64,000 bases of DNA from Thalassolituus maritimus (GTDB lineage: Bacteria > Pseudomonadota > Gammaproteobacteria > Pseudomonadales > Oceanobacteraceae), in NCBI RefSeq assembly GCF_913019975.1, contig NZ_CAJWBH010000015.1; one strand, written 5' to 3'. The notes under the pieces are model-generated. The model was not told the origin of the DNA. It searched no databases and saw only the letters and a list, made by a program, of their open reading frames with translations. Shown here piece after piece: positions 1 through 8,871 of this stretch. Each line of letters begins with the position of its first letter. Position 1 is the first letter of the stretch. Made by a program: the position numbers and the translations under genes.

Positions 1-58
1 TGATCAGGATGAATTTCCGGCTCTTTGCCTCGCCGGGCAGCCATGCGTCGATTGGGTA

Positions 59-811
59 TCAGTCGGTACGCGGTGTGAGCTGAGCGCGGATTGATTGCTC
101 CAACCAGCTCGGATCGTCCGCGGGTAAGTCGTGCCCCGCAGAAGGGTGTGTGAACAAAGGCTTCTTCCAGCGATGCGCAATGCGCGCTGTACACCCCGGT
201 TTAACTAACCTGTCGCCTGCCGCATTGTAAAAGAACACGTCATGGACTGGGGCACTGGTCGGGCCTTTGTAGCGACTTGCGGCGATCAGTTGCACGAATA
301 CGTTACGCCAGCGCAGCGGGTGTTCATCTGCAAAACGAACCCATGGGGCAGATTCACCAGCGGTAAGTGCGCGGTTTATGGTCAGATCAAAAATGGTCCG
401 CTCGAGTCGCAGGCGGTCGCCAAAACAGAATAGCAGCCTGAAAAATGACACGGCCGTCATACGCTCCCACGGATAAGACATATTGGCGAGGCTGGTATTG
501 ATCAGATGGAGTGATTCAATCTCGTCTGGGTACTGGCGGGCCCATTCTGCAGCAATCATAGCCCCCATAGAGACAGCAATTACCGTTATCGGCCCCTCGT
601 GCTCAGCGCGAACCTGTGCGCGAATGTTTTCCATCATAGACGGAATGTCAGAAGGGGTTGTCTGGGAGTACTGATAGCCATTGCCTGGCAACTCAGGTTG
701 AATAACCTGAAAGTCCTCTGCAAACCTCTCCGGAAATTCCAGCCAGTGATAACGGCTGCGGATCAGGCCCCGAAGAAAAACGAGTACAGGTTTATCAGAG
801 GACGGCTTCAA
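59..811 (-). CDS. alpha/beta fold hydrolase
   Basis: LVFLRGL oxyanion region, AVSMG nucleophile elbow, C-terminal AGHDL His; 250 aa. Confidence 0.8.
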   Translation of the reverse strand: MKPSSDKPVLVFLRGLIRSRYHWLEFPERFAEDFQVIQPELPGNGYQYSQTTPSDIPSMMENIRAQVRAEHEGPITVIAVSMGAMIAAEWARQYPDEIESLHLINTSLANMSYPWERMTAVSFFRLLFCFGDRLRLERTIFDLTINRALTAGESAPWVRFADEHPLRWRNVFVQLIAASRYKGPTSAPVHDVFFYNAAGDRLVKPGCTARIAHRWKKPLFTHPSAGHDLPADDPSWLEQSIRAQLTPRTD

Positions 812-823
812 GCGTTTATCCTG

Positions 824-1540
824 TTACCAGATACGGAAGAAGCGGTGGACGCTGAACTGAATCAGAGTGCCTGCATCGAAGTCGCCACCCAGATTAGTGC
901 GTTCCAGGGTCAGGCGGTAATCCCAATGATTCCAGGTTCTGGCGGCTCCTACTCGGAAGTGCCAGTAATCGTCAGCCGTCGAGCTGCCGAAGTTCGTCGT
1001 TTCGTCGGTACCGTCTAAGCGATGATTGGCGCCGTAGAGTTCGATTGAAAAAGACCCGGTCTGAAAGGTGTAGGCTGTTTCGAGGGTATGCAGGTTGTAT
1101 TCGCTGCCGTAATAACCGTCTGCCGCCCGGTATCCCAGAGTCAGGTTGTTGTCCCACAACAGACGAAGTGCTGTTTCGTTGTATGCATCACCTTTTTCTT
1201 CAGCGTCACCATGGAAAGTGAAGCGCGTCAGGCTGGCATCAACAGACCATGCTCGCCAGAGCGGCAGGTTAGCACCGCCATACACATCCCATTCGGAGTG
1301 CAGGCTATCTGCGCTGCCGTGGTCTACGTTACTGCCCCAGGCGCCAGCATAAAACCCTGAGTTATGGGTGGCCGTCATGCCTGCCTGCCAGGCGGCTTTG
1401 CCGCTGGTCTGGCTTATGCCGTCACGCACAAATTCAGAGGTGACTCCAAGGTCGGCGGTAACATCAGCCAATGCGGCATGGTGACAGGTCAGTAAAGCGG
1501 CTGACGTGAGTGATACAAGCAGGTATTGCAGACGTGGCAT
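824..1540 (-). CDS. TorF-family putative porin / outer-membrane beta-barrel
   Basis: Signal peptide, then 'TSEFVRDGISQT..AWQAG..GFYAGAWGSNVD..EWDVYGG' pattern typical of the family; aromatic C-terminus. Confidence 0.7.
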   Translation of the reverse strand: MPRLQYLLVSLTSAALLTCHHAALADVTADLGVTSEFVRDGISQTSGKAAWQAGMTATHNSGFYAGAWGSNVDHGSADSLHSEWDVYGGANLPLWRAWSVDASLTRFTFHGDAEEKGDAYNETALRLLWDNNLTLGYRAADGYYGSEYNLHTLETAYTFQTGSFSIELYGANHRLDGTDETTNFGSSTADDYWHFRVGAARTWNHWDYRLTLERTNLGGDFDAGTLIQFSVHRFFRIW

Positions 1541-1599
1541 AAGGTTACGAAATCCGTCAGATACATCAGGCGCCTAGTGTAGCGGAAGCGGCGCTCGCT

Positions 1600-2670
1600 T
1601 CACACTGCCGGTGTGATATTTCCGCTCATTCCCGGATACCAGCGTTCAAGTGCAGACTGAAGGGCTCTCGTCTGATCTGCCGCTGATTCAGGCGCCCACT
1701 GCGGCATGGTCCGAGCAGCAGACATCAGAAAGTCGAACAGAACCAGATGCCGACGCAGAATCCGCTGTTGGCGGTGGGGTAATACCGGGTTAAACAAACC
1801 GTGATAACGCAGGAGGTGTCGTGGGTTTTTCTTGACCCAAAGCCAGGAGCCCATTTCCAGAGTGATAGGAATAAAACAACCTTCTGGTTGCATCGCCCGG
1901 TAATCATCGTAGAGGTAATCCCACATGTCACCGTTGGTGGTATAGCTGTGCGCCTGCGGCTCAAACAGATACTGCTCGTGGCTGGGGAAGCTGTGTTCAA
2001 ACAACTCAGTCAGCGTATGGGCAGCGCCTATTCCGGGCCATGGGGCAGTGCTTTTAGCGTATGGAAACCAGAGCCGGTCGCGGGTGCCGAAGCCAGAGTG
2101 GCAGTCGAGGCTGATGCAGTATTTCTGATCGCGCAGAGCATGATGAATGGCGTCGCTTAGCGCTTGATTCTCGGGCTCCATCGGGCGGCCAGGTTTGCCG
2201 CGGTACCAGGGCAGAGCGGAACTGATACGTTGGCCGCCCACCAGCCATGGGGTTTTGCCCTCGGCTTCGACCGGCGCATTGCGCATCAGATCCACACCGT
2301 TAGGGTTGCAGCGCGTATTCTCAGCCATGCCACCCGGGTTAACGATAGGGATGATTAATAGCCTGAGGTGTTCAAGTTGATCGCGAATAACAGGGTCCCA
2401 GTGCAGACGACGCACCAGGCTCTTCATAAATGACAGAATGACCTGGGTGCCAATGCGTTCGACGCCATGTACACCGCCAACCAATGCCAGCACCGGAGCA
2501 TCTTTAGCAGTACTGCCCATTTCAAGAACATAGAAAGGAAGATGTTCACCCTTGTGCTGTATGTGAGCAGGTACACGAATCCGCATGTACTGTTTGCCCT
2601 CTTCGATGAGGGACTCAAGTTCTGCCAGTTCTGGCAAAGCCGCGTTAAGGCGGGAAATGCGTTGAATCAC
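1600..2670 (-). CDS. M14-family zinc carboxypeptidase-like protein (DUF2817-type)
   Basis: GGVHGVE (HxxE), NPGG, RCNPNGVDLMRN, DCHSG and TLEMG motifs. Confidence 0.75.
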   Translation of the reverse strand: MIQRISRLNAALPELAELESLIEEGKQYMRIRVPAHIQHKGEHLPFYVLEMGSTAKDAPVLALVGGVHGVERIGTQVILSFMKSLVRRLHWDPVIRDQLEHLRLLIIPIVNPGGMAENTRCNPNGVDLMRNAPVEAEGKTPWLVGGQRISSALPWYRGKPGRPMEPENQALSDAIHHALRDQKYCISLDCHSGFGTRDRLWFPYAKSTAPWPGIGAAHTLTELFEHSFPSHEQYLFEPQAHSYTTNGDMWDYLYDDYRAMQPEGCFIPITLEMGSWLWVKKNPRHLLRYHGLFNPVLPHRQQRILRRHLVLFDFLMSAARTMPQWAPESAADQTRALQSALERWYPGMSGNITPAV

Positions 2671-2729
2671 GTTGAGGTGAACCTTATGCTCTTTGGCCTT
2701 TTGACTATATCTAACAGGTTACACCGCCA

Positions 2730-4532
2730 ATGAGAAGCTTCCAGTCAACACCGGTGGACATGCCTGACAAACTGCGCGTTCGTCGTTGGCTGACTACTAT
2801 CTGGCCCTTTCTGCTGGAGTATCGCGGTCGGGTCATCGGGGCGATGATTTGCCTCTTGTTGGCCAAGCTGGCCAGCGTGGTTATGCCATTTTTGCTCAAG
2901 TATCAGGTCGATCATCTGGATGCAGCTGGCACCATTGGTGAGAACTGGTGGGCGGCGTTCCCGCTATTACTGTTGCTGGCTTATGGCACCGTGCGGTTTA
3001 TGACCGTGTTTGCCGGGGAGCTCCGTGATCTGCTGTTTGGTCGGGTCGCAGAGCGGGTGATGCGCAGAATGTCACTGGCGTTGTTCCGGCATCTTCACAG
3101 CCTGAGTCTTTCGTTTCACCTGGATCGTCAGACGGGTGCATTGCAGCGTGATATTGAGAGAGGGACTAACGGCATTTCGTTCCTGATGCGTTTTCTGATT
3201 TTCAATATCCTTCCGACATTTCTTGAACTCGGTCTGGTTATCGTTCTTCTCTTAATTAATTACCCGCCTGTGTTTGCCGGGATCACCCTGGTGGCCGTTG
3301 TTCTGTACGTCGGCTATTCAGTGAAGGTCACGGAGTGGCGTACGCGCTATGTGCGGGAAGCCAATCAGATGGACTCATCAACGCATGCCCGGGCGCTTGA
3401 TAGCCTCCTAAACTATGAGACGGTTAAGTACTTCACCGCGGAAGGGCGGGAGTCGGCTGACTACGACGGTTCACTTGCCCGCTGGGAAAAAGCCCGACGA
3501 ATGAACCGCTTGTCGCTGTTTACCCTGAACAGTGGTCAGGCGCTTATTATTTCAGTCGCCATGGCCTGCATGTTGATGTCAGCAGCGCACTATGTGCTCA
3601 TCGGGGAGATGACGTTGGGTGACTTCACGCTGGTGAATGCCTTTATGTTTCAGCTTTTTTTGCCTCTGAACTTCCTTGGCTTTGTTTATCGCGAGATTAA
3701 GGCGTCGGTCGCTAATATTGAGAGGATGTTTGTTCTGCTCGATATTGAAACCGACGTGCCCGATAACGCCACCAAAGGCCTGAATGTGACTCGCGGTGAG
3801 GTGGTGTTTGATCGGGTCGGTTTTGATTATGGCAACGGTCGGCAGGTGCTTAACGATCTGAGCTTTTCTGTGCCCGCAGGAAAGACGCTCGCGCTTGTTG
3901 GCGGCAGCGGCGCGGGTAAGTCAACGATAACCCGGTTGCTGTTCCGTTTTTACGATGTGACATCCGGTCAGATACGTATTGACGGTCAGGGTATAACCGA
4001 TGTTTCTCAAACGTCGTTGCGGCAGGCCCTGGGCATCGTTCCGCAGGATACCGTCCTGTTTAATGACACACTGAGAAATAACCTGCTTTATGCCTGCCCG
4101 GATGCCAGCGAGGCAGACCTGCAGGACGTTATACAGATGGCAAGTCTGGACAGGCTGGTTGCAGAAAATCCAGCCGGTCTGGAAACCGTCGTGGGGGAGC
4201 GAGGGTTAAAGCTGTCTGGTGGTGAAAAGCAGCGCATTGCCATCGCCCGAATGCTACTTAAAAGACCCGCCATTATGGTCTTTGATGAGGCGACTTCATC
4301 GTTAGATTCTGAAACTGAGCGCAGCATTATGAAAGAGATTCGCAGGGTGTCCGAAGGGCATACCGCGTTAATCATTGCGCACCGTCTATCGACGGTTGTC
4401 GATGCCGATGAAATTGCGGTTCTCGAAAACGGACAGATCGCAGAACGTGGCAACCACAGAGAACTTCTGGCAAAGAACGGTCGTTACGCGGCGCTATGGC
4501 AGGCTCAACAAGCCTCTGGGGAGATTGGCTGA
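2730..4532 (+). CDS. ATM1/ABCB7-like fused ABC exporter (permease + ATPase)
   Basis: FHLDRQTG..RDIERG, DSLLNYETVKYF, Walker A GGSGAGKS, LSGGEKQR, DEATSSLD. Confidence 0.88.
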   Translation: MRSFQSTPVDMPDKLRVRRWLTTIWPFLLEYRGRVIGAMICLLLAKLASVVMPFLLKYQVDHLDAAGTIGENWWAAFPLLLLLAYGTVRFMTVFAGELRDLLFGRVAERVMRRMSLALFRHLHSLSLSFHLDRQTGALQRDIERGTNGISFLMRFLIFNILPTFLELGLVIVLLLINYPPVFAGITLVAVVLYVGYSVKVTEWRTRYVREANQMDSSTHARALDSLLNYETVKYFTAEGRESADYDGSLARWEKARRMNRLSLFTLNSGQALIISVAMACMLMSAAHYVLIGEMTLGDFTLVNAFMFQLFLPLNFLGFVYREIKASVANIERMFVLLDIETDVPDNATKGLNVTRGEVVFDRVGFDYGNGRQVLNDLSFSVPAGKTLALVGGSGAGKSTITRLLFRFYDVTSGQIRIDGQGITDVSQTSLRQALGIVPQDTVLFNDTLRNNLLYACPDASEADLQDVIQMASLDRLVAENPAGLETVVGERGLKLSGGEKQRIAIARMLLKRPAIMVFDEATSSLDSETERSIMKEIRRVSEGHTALIIAHRLSTVVDADEIAVLENGQIAERGNHRELLAKNGRYAALWQAQQASGEIG

Positions 4533-5293
4533 TGCATCTGCTGTTAATCGATGCGATGAATCTGATACGCCGGGTCTATGCTGCGGTGGAAGACTCTGAG
4601 TTTGCGGCTGAAGCAACCCGCAATAAAGTGATCGATATCATTGGTGCTAACGTCCGGGGGCGCAAAGCCACGCATCTGTTGATGGTGTATGAGGATCAGG
4701 AGCCGACCTGGCGTCACCGCATCTGGCCAGAGTATAAAGCCGGGCGTTCGCCCATGCCTGAAGCGCTGGCCAATGATCTTTCTGAGATGCGAGCGGATCT
4801 TGAACGCAGCGGTATTCATAGTTACCGCATGTCGGGCTGGGAAGCGGATGATGTGGTTGCAACGGTGGCGGACCGGGCTGCCCGTAGCGGCCTTCAGGTA
4901 ACCATTCTGTCGACCGATAAAGGCTTCTGCCAGCTGGTGTCAGAACGTATATCTGTACTTAATCACTTTGATCGATTTCTCTGGAATGAAGAAGCTGTGC
5001 ACCAGCGCTGGGGACTGGCACCTGCTCAGTTGACCGACTATTGGGCTCTGTGCGGTGATCAGACAAATCATTTGCCGGGCGTGCCGGGCATCGGTAAGAA
5101 GGGCGCCGCTCAGGTTCTTGATCTCTGTGGTAGCCTGGATCATGCGATCGGCTGGCCAGAGGTATTGCCCGAACGTCTTTCAAATGCGCTGGAACAGGGC
5201 ATCCCTTCGGCGATCCGGACTCGTGTTCTGGCGACCCTTCGAACCGACCTCGAGTTAGGGATCAGTCTCTCTTCATTGAGGGCAAAGTCGTGA
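4532..5293 (+). CDS. xni: flap endonuclease Xni (ExoIX) family
   Basis: LLIDAMNLIRR, YKAGR, EADD, STDKGFCQL, GDQTNHLPGVPGIGKKGA; ATG overlaps the upstream TGA. Confidence 0.82.
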   Translation: MHLLLIDAMNLIRRVYAAVEDSEFAAEATRNKVIDIIGANVRGRKATHLLMVYEDQEPTWRHRIWPEYKAGRSPMPEALANDLSEMRADLERSGIHSYRMSGWEADDVVATVADRAARSGLQVTILSTDKGFCQLVSERISVLNHFDRFLWNEEAVHQRWGLAPAQLTDYWALCGDQTNHLPGVPGIGKKGAAQVLDLCGSLDHAIGWPEVLPERLSNALEQGIPSAIRTRVLATLRTDLELGISLSSLRAKS

Positions 5294-5339
5294 TCGGCTA
5301 AACTTGCCCGCCATTTTGACAGGCCTCAGCGGAGCAGAT

Positions 5340-5756
5340 ATGTCTTCTCAGATAAAAGTTCGTGGATTCCATATTGATGTGTACCAGCACGTTAATAACG
5401 GGCGCTACATGGAGTTTCTGGAAGAAGCTCGTTGGGAGTTTATGGATCACACTGGCTTTGCCGAAAAAATCGCTGCGCTTGGGCTTTCGATGGTGGTGGT
5501 AAATACTAATATCAACTACCGCCGCCCTGCGGTTATCCATGATGTTCTGGACCTCGGGATTCGTGTGGCAAAAATTGGCGGCAAAAGCGCGGTTTTTGAG
5601 CAGACAGTAACCCGCCAGAAAGATGGTGTAACTGAGATGGTGGTCGACGCCACGGTGACCTTCTGTGTGATGGACCCGGTGGCCGAGAAGGCTGTTCCGC
5701 TCGAAGGTGAGATCCGGACTATTCTTGAACAGGTTGCAGAGGAAGCCGGGGCATGA
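5340..5756 (+). CDS. acyl-CoA thioesterase (YbgC/FadM hot-dog fold)
   Basis: VRGFHIDVYQHVNNGRYMEFLEEARW motif. Confidence 0.85.
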   Translation: MSSQIKVRGFHIDVYQHVNNGRYMEFLEEARWEFMDHTGFAEKIAALGLSMVVVNTNINYRRPAVIHDVLDLGIRVAKIGGKSAVFEQTVTRQKDGVTEMVVDATVTFCVMDPVAEKAVPLEGEIRTILEQVAEEAGA

Positions 5757-6370
5757 ACCTTGATGACGTGATGGCAGAGATTAATCAGTTCCTGCTATGC
5801 CCAACACCGTCCGCCTGGATTGATGTTGCTCTCGAAAATCAGGAATTACTGCTGATTGACCATGCTAACTGTGAAAAAAAAGCAGCCTCGACAGCAATGA
5901 ATCTTCTGTACCGCTACATTGATCGCGATGACCTTCTAAAGAAAATGAGCCAGCTCGCGCGCGAAGAGCTGCTGCATTTCGAACAAGTGGTTGGCATCAT
6001 GAAGGATCGCGGTGTCAGCTATCGTCATGTGTCGTCGTCACGTTACGCTTCTGGGTTGCGCGAACTGGTTCGCAAGGGCGGAGAGGATGAGCTGGTCGAT
6101 GTGCTTATCTGCGGCGCTTTAATCGAAGCGCGTTCCTGCGAGCGGTTCGCGGCGCTGGTACCACACCTCGACGAGGCCTTGGCCAAATTTTATCGTTCCC
6201 TGCTTCGCTCAGAGGGGCGCCACTACCAGGACTATCTGGAACTTGCCAGACAGTATGCGGGAACAGATATCCAGTGGCGGATTGACGAGTTCCGTGAAAT
6301 CGAGCGTGAGCTGATTATGAGTCCGGACCCGGAATTCCGTTTCCACAGCGGCGTTCCTGCCGCCGCTTAA
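5753..6370 (+). CDS. miaE: tRNA-(ms2io6A) hydroxylase
   Basis: DHANCEKKAA, EELLHFEQV, LIEARSCERF, SEGRHY di-iron motifs. Confidence 0.92.
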   Translation: MNLDDVMAEINQFLLCPTPSAWIDVALENQELLLIDHANCEKKAASTAMNLLYRYIDRDDLLKKMSQLAREELLHFEQVVGIMKDRGVSYRHVSSSRYASGLRELVRKGGEDELVDVLICGALIEARSCERFAALVPHLDEALAKFYRSLLRSEGRHYQDYLELARQYAGTDIQWRIDEFREIERELIMSPDPEFRFHSGVPAAA

Positions 6371-6546
6371 TCCTGACAGGCGCGAATGATCTTGATGCAG
6401 ATATCGGTTTCGCGCTGATACGTCGCTTCATCAATAGCGCCAGCCTTAAGGTCCCGACTGGCTTGCTCAAGCCGCGCCTCTGCGTCTTTTAAGTCGGTAA
6501 ACATGCGGTTGGCTTCAAGTGCTTTTAAGGTTACTGCTGCAGTCAT
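6367..6546 (-). CDS. small hypothetical protein, 59 aa (absent from ORF track)
   Basis: Hand translation MTAAVTLKALEANRMFTDLKDAEARLEQASRDLKAGAIDEATYQRETDICIKIIRACQD*; GAGGAG SD before the ATG; fills the gap; stop overlaps miaE stop in a TTAA. Confidence 0.72.
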   Translation of the reverse strand: MTAAVTLKALEANRMFTDLKDAEARLEQASRDLKAGAIDEATYQRETDICIKIIRACQD

Positions 6547-6669
6547 GGGTGGGCTCCTCAGGACGTTCTGATGTCACAATCAAACTAGACTCCCTCTCAG
6601 AACTGCACCAGTAGCTATCGTTCCTAAGACCTGCAATGATTACAATTTCTTTAACAGAGTGATCGCAAA

Positions 6670-7581
6670 GTGAACAAACTCCCGTTAGATGGCGCAATCT
6701 GCGCTGGGCATTCATTGGACACCCGGCAGGTAGCTGGACTGGCTACCTACGATTGCATTGAGGGTGAAGGAGAACCGCTTCATTTTCTTCACGGCAACGG
6801 TTTTTGCGGACTCACGTTAGCTCCCCTGGCAGAAGAAGTTACAGATGGAAGTCATCCCCTGCTGTTCACTGATTTACCAGGACATGGCGCCTCAGGGGGG
6901 CCGGATGTCAACGCACAGCCAGACTGGAATGATATGGCTGACCGCGTTGCAAACAGTATCGCCGCTCGCATTGACAGGCCAGTAACGGGGATAGGTCACA
7001 GTATGGGTGGTGTGGTGACGCTGCTTGCCGCAGCGCGTTATCCTGACTTGTTTTCCCGAGTTGTGTTGCTCGATCCGGTTCTGTTCAGCCGCGAAGTTAT
7101 TTTTTACCAAAGACTGATGAGAAAAACAGGGCTGTGGCAACGAACGTCTCTGGTACGCTCGGTCGCCCGGCGTCGTTCGGACTGGCCGTCTGTGGATGCA
7201 TTGAAAACAGACCTGTCGACCAAGTCGCTATACCGGAACTGGACTCCTGGAGCACTGGACGCATTTGCTCACTACGGAACTCGTACAACCGAGGCAGGTG
7301 CACTAACACTGGCCTGCGACCCTCGTTGGGAGGCCTCCATTTTTGGCTCTTACCCGCGTGGTCTCTGGCAGGCAGTCAGAACGGTCAGTGTGCCGGTCGA
7401 TATTGTTGTCGCCACACGTTCATATCCATTTATCCGTCCAGCAGTAAAGCGTGCCGTGGGCCGGAATAAGCGTATTTCGCAACATGTATTTGATGGTGGT
7501 CATTGCTTTCCTATGGAAGCGCCAGAGGCCGCAGCGGTGCAAATTAATGACATATTGGTCGATTCCGGCCGGGGGCTATGA
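6670..7581 (+). CDS. alpha/beta fold hydrolase
   Basis: HGNGF, DLPGHG, GHSMGG, GGHCFPME; GTG start. Confidence 0.85.
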   Translation: MNKLPLDGAICAGHSLDTRQVAGLATYDCIEGEGEPLHFLHGNGFCGLTLAPLAEEVTDGSHPLLFTDLPGHGASGGPDVNAQPDWNDMADRVANSIAARIDRPVTGIGHSMGGVVTLLAAARYPDLFSRVVLLDPVLFSREVIFYQRLMRKTGLWQRTSLVRSVARRRSDWPSVDALKTDLSTKSLYRNWTPGALDAFAHYGTRTTEAGALTLACDPRWEASIFGSYPRGLWQAVRTVSVPVDIVVATRSYPFIRPAVKRAVGRNKRISQHVFDGGHCFPMEAPEAAAVQINDILVDSGRGL

Positions 7582-7658
7582 AAACCTTTGTCAATTTGCG
7601 CGCTCTGGGCTAAGGTGGTTTTTACTTGGGCAATTAAGTGAGTTTCGAGTAGGACCCT

Positions 7659-8123
7659 ATGAACATGGAGATTCAGGCAGCCTTAGATGTTGCCGATGAG
7701 ACTGATTCCTTCCTGCAGATCACGGATGTGATCTACGACAAAGAAGCCGAGAATGGCTATGACTCCCTGAATGAAGCAGAGAAAACTGTCTTCTGTCTCG
7801 ATCAGTTGCTGAGAGAGATGGAGAACGGTGGTTTCGTGCAGTTCGTTCACCACGAAGCAGGCGCTAAAGCGGAAGACACGCTCGAAGCACTTGAGCGTAT
7901 TAAAGCGCCAGTGTCGGCTGGTCTGCTTGATCAGATAGTCGATCTGTTTCCTGATCGTAATATTCCTTCAGATGAAGATGATCGCATTGATGCTTTCGAT
8001 AATATCGAAAGCGAACATGCTGATAAAATCGCAGCTCTGGATGATCGTTTCTACGACAGCGGTGAAAATCTGGTCGGGTTGACACTGCGATTTGTTCAGA
8101 AAAACCTGCGTGAGTTTCACTGA
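7659..8123 (+). CDS. DMP19/DUF4375-family acidic protein
   Basis: 'EMENGGFVQF' and 'LEALERIKA' pattern; very Asp/Glu-rich. Confidence 0.7.
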   Translation: MNMEIQAALDVADETDSFLQITDVIYDKEAENGYDSLNEAEKTVFCLDQLLREMENGGFVQFVHHEAGAKAEDTLEALERIKAPVSAGLLDQIVDLFPDRNIPSDEDDRIDAFDNIESEHADKIAALDDRFYDSGENLVGLTLRFVQKNLREFH

Positions 8124-8242
8124 TCAAACAGGTGGCAAGGCTGTTTATGAGGAGGGGCGCTTGGGTCAGTATCGGCGCGAGTTGAGGCTTATCTTGTAAT
8201 ATCGAGGGCAAACGCTGAAACTATGTAGCAGCAATAAAGGGA

Positions 8243-8824
8243 TTGCCTATGATTATAAAAATGGTCTCATCGTGTTTTTTGTGTACAGCGCTGGCTCTCT
8301 CTGCCTCCGCTGCATTAGCAGATGTAAAGCTCAAAGGTGTATCTGTACCAGAAGAGGTTACTTTTTCTGGTCACACTATGGTTTTAAATGGTGCCGGTGT
8401 TCGGTCTCGTTTTTTCATCGATGCGTATGTCGCCGCATTGTACCTCCCGGAAGTTTCGACTGACGCAGACGGGATTCTTGCCTCCGGAAGTCCGCTGGAT
8501 ATCCGTGTCGTTATTATTTCGGACCTGGTGACCGCTGATCGTTTTGCAGAGTCTGCAATGGACGGCTTCGTCAGATCTACCCATGGAGACCTGGGTCCGA
8601 TACGTCCTCAGGTTGAAACTATGATCAAAACCTTCCGGAACTCTTTGTCGGTCGGCGATGTCTTTGATCTGGTTTATAACCCCGACGCCGGAACCGAGAT
8701 TTATCGTAACGGTGAGCTTCTTGAAGTTGTTGAGGGGCTGGATTTCCGTTCTGCAATGGCTGGTATCTGGCTCTCTGATGACCCGGTGCAGACCAGTCTT
8801 CGGGAAAAAATGCTGGGTCTTTGA
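8243..8824 (+). CDS. chalcone-isomerase-like periplasmic protein
   Basis: Signal peptide; 'LNGAGVRSRFFIDAYVAALYL' and 'IWLSDDPVQTSLREKMLG'; alternative ATG at 8249. Confidence 0.82.
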   Translation: MPMIIKMVSSCFLCTALALSASAALADVKLKGVSVPEEVTFSGHTMVLNGAGVRSRFFIDAYVAALYLPEVSTDADGILASGSPLDIRVVIISDLVTADRFAESAMDGFVRSTHGDLGPIRPQVETMIKTFRNSLSVGDVFDLVYNPDAGTEIYRNGELLEVVEGLDFRSAMAGIWLSDDPVQTSLREKMLGL

Positions 8825-8871
8825 GCCGGAACAGGGCTTTGAGTGCAGAAAATAGTGCAAAGGATTGCTAA

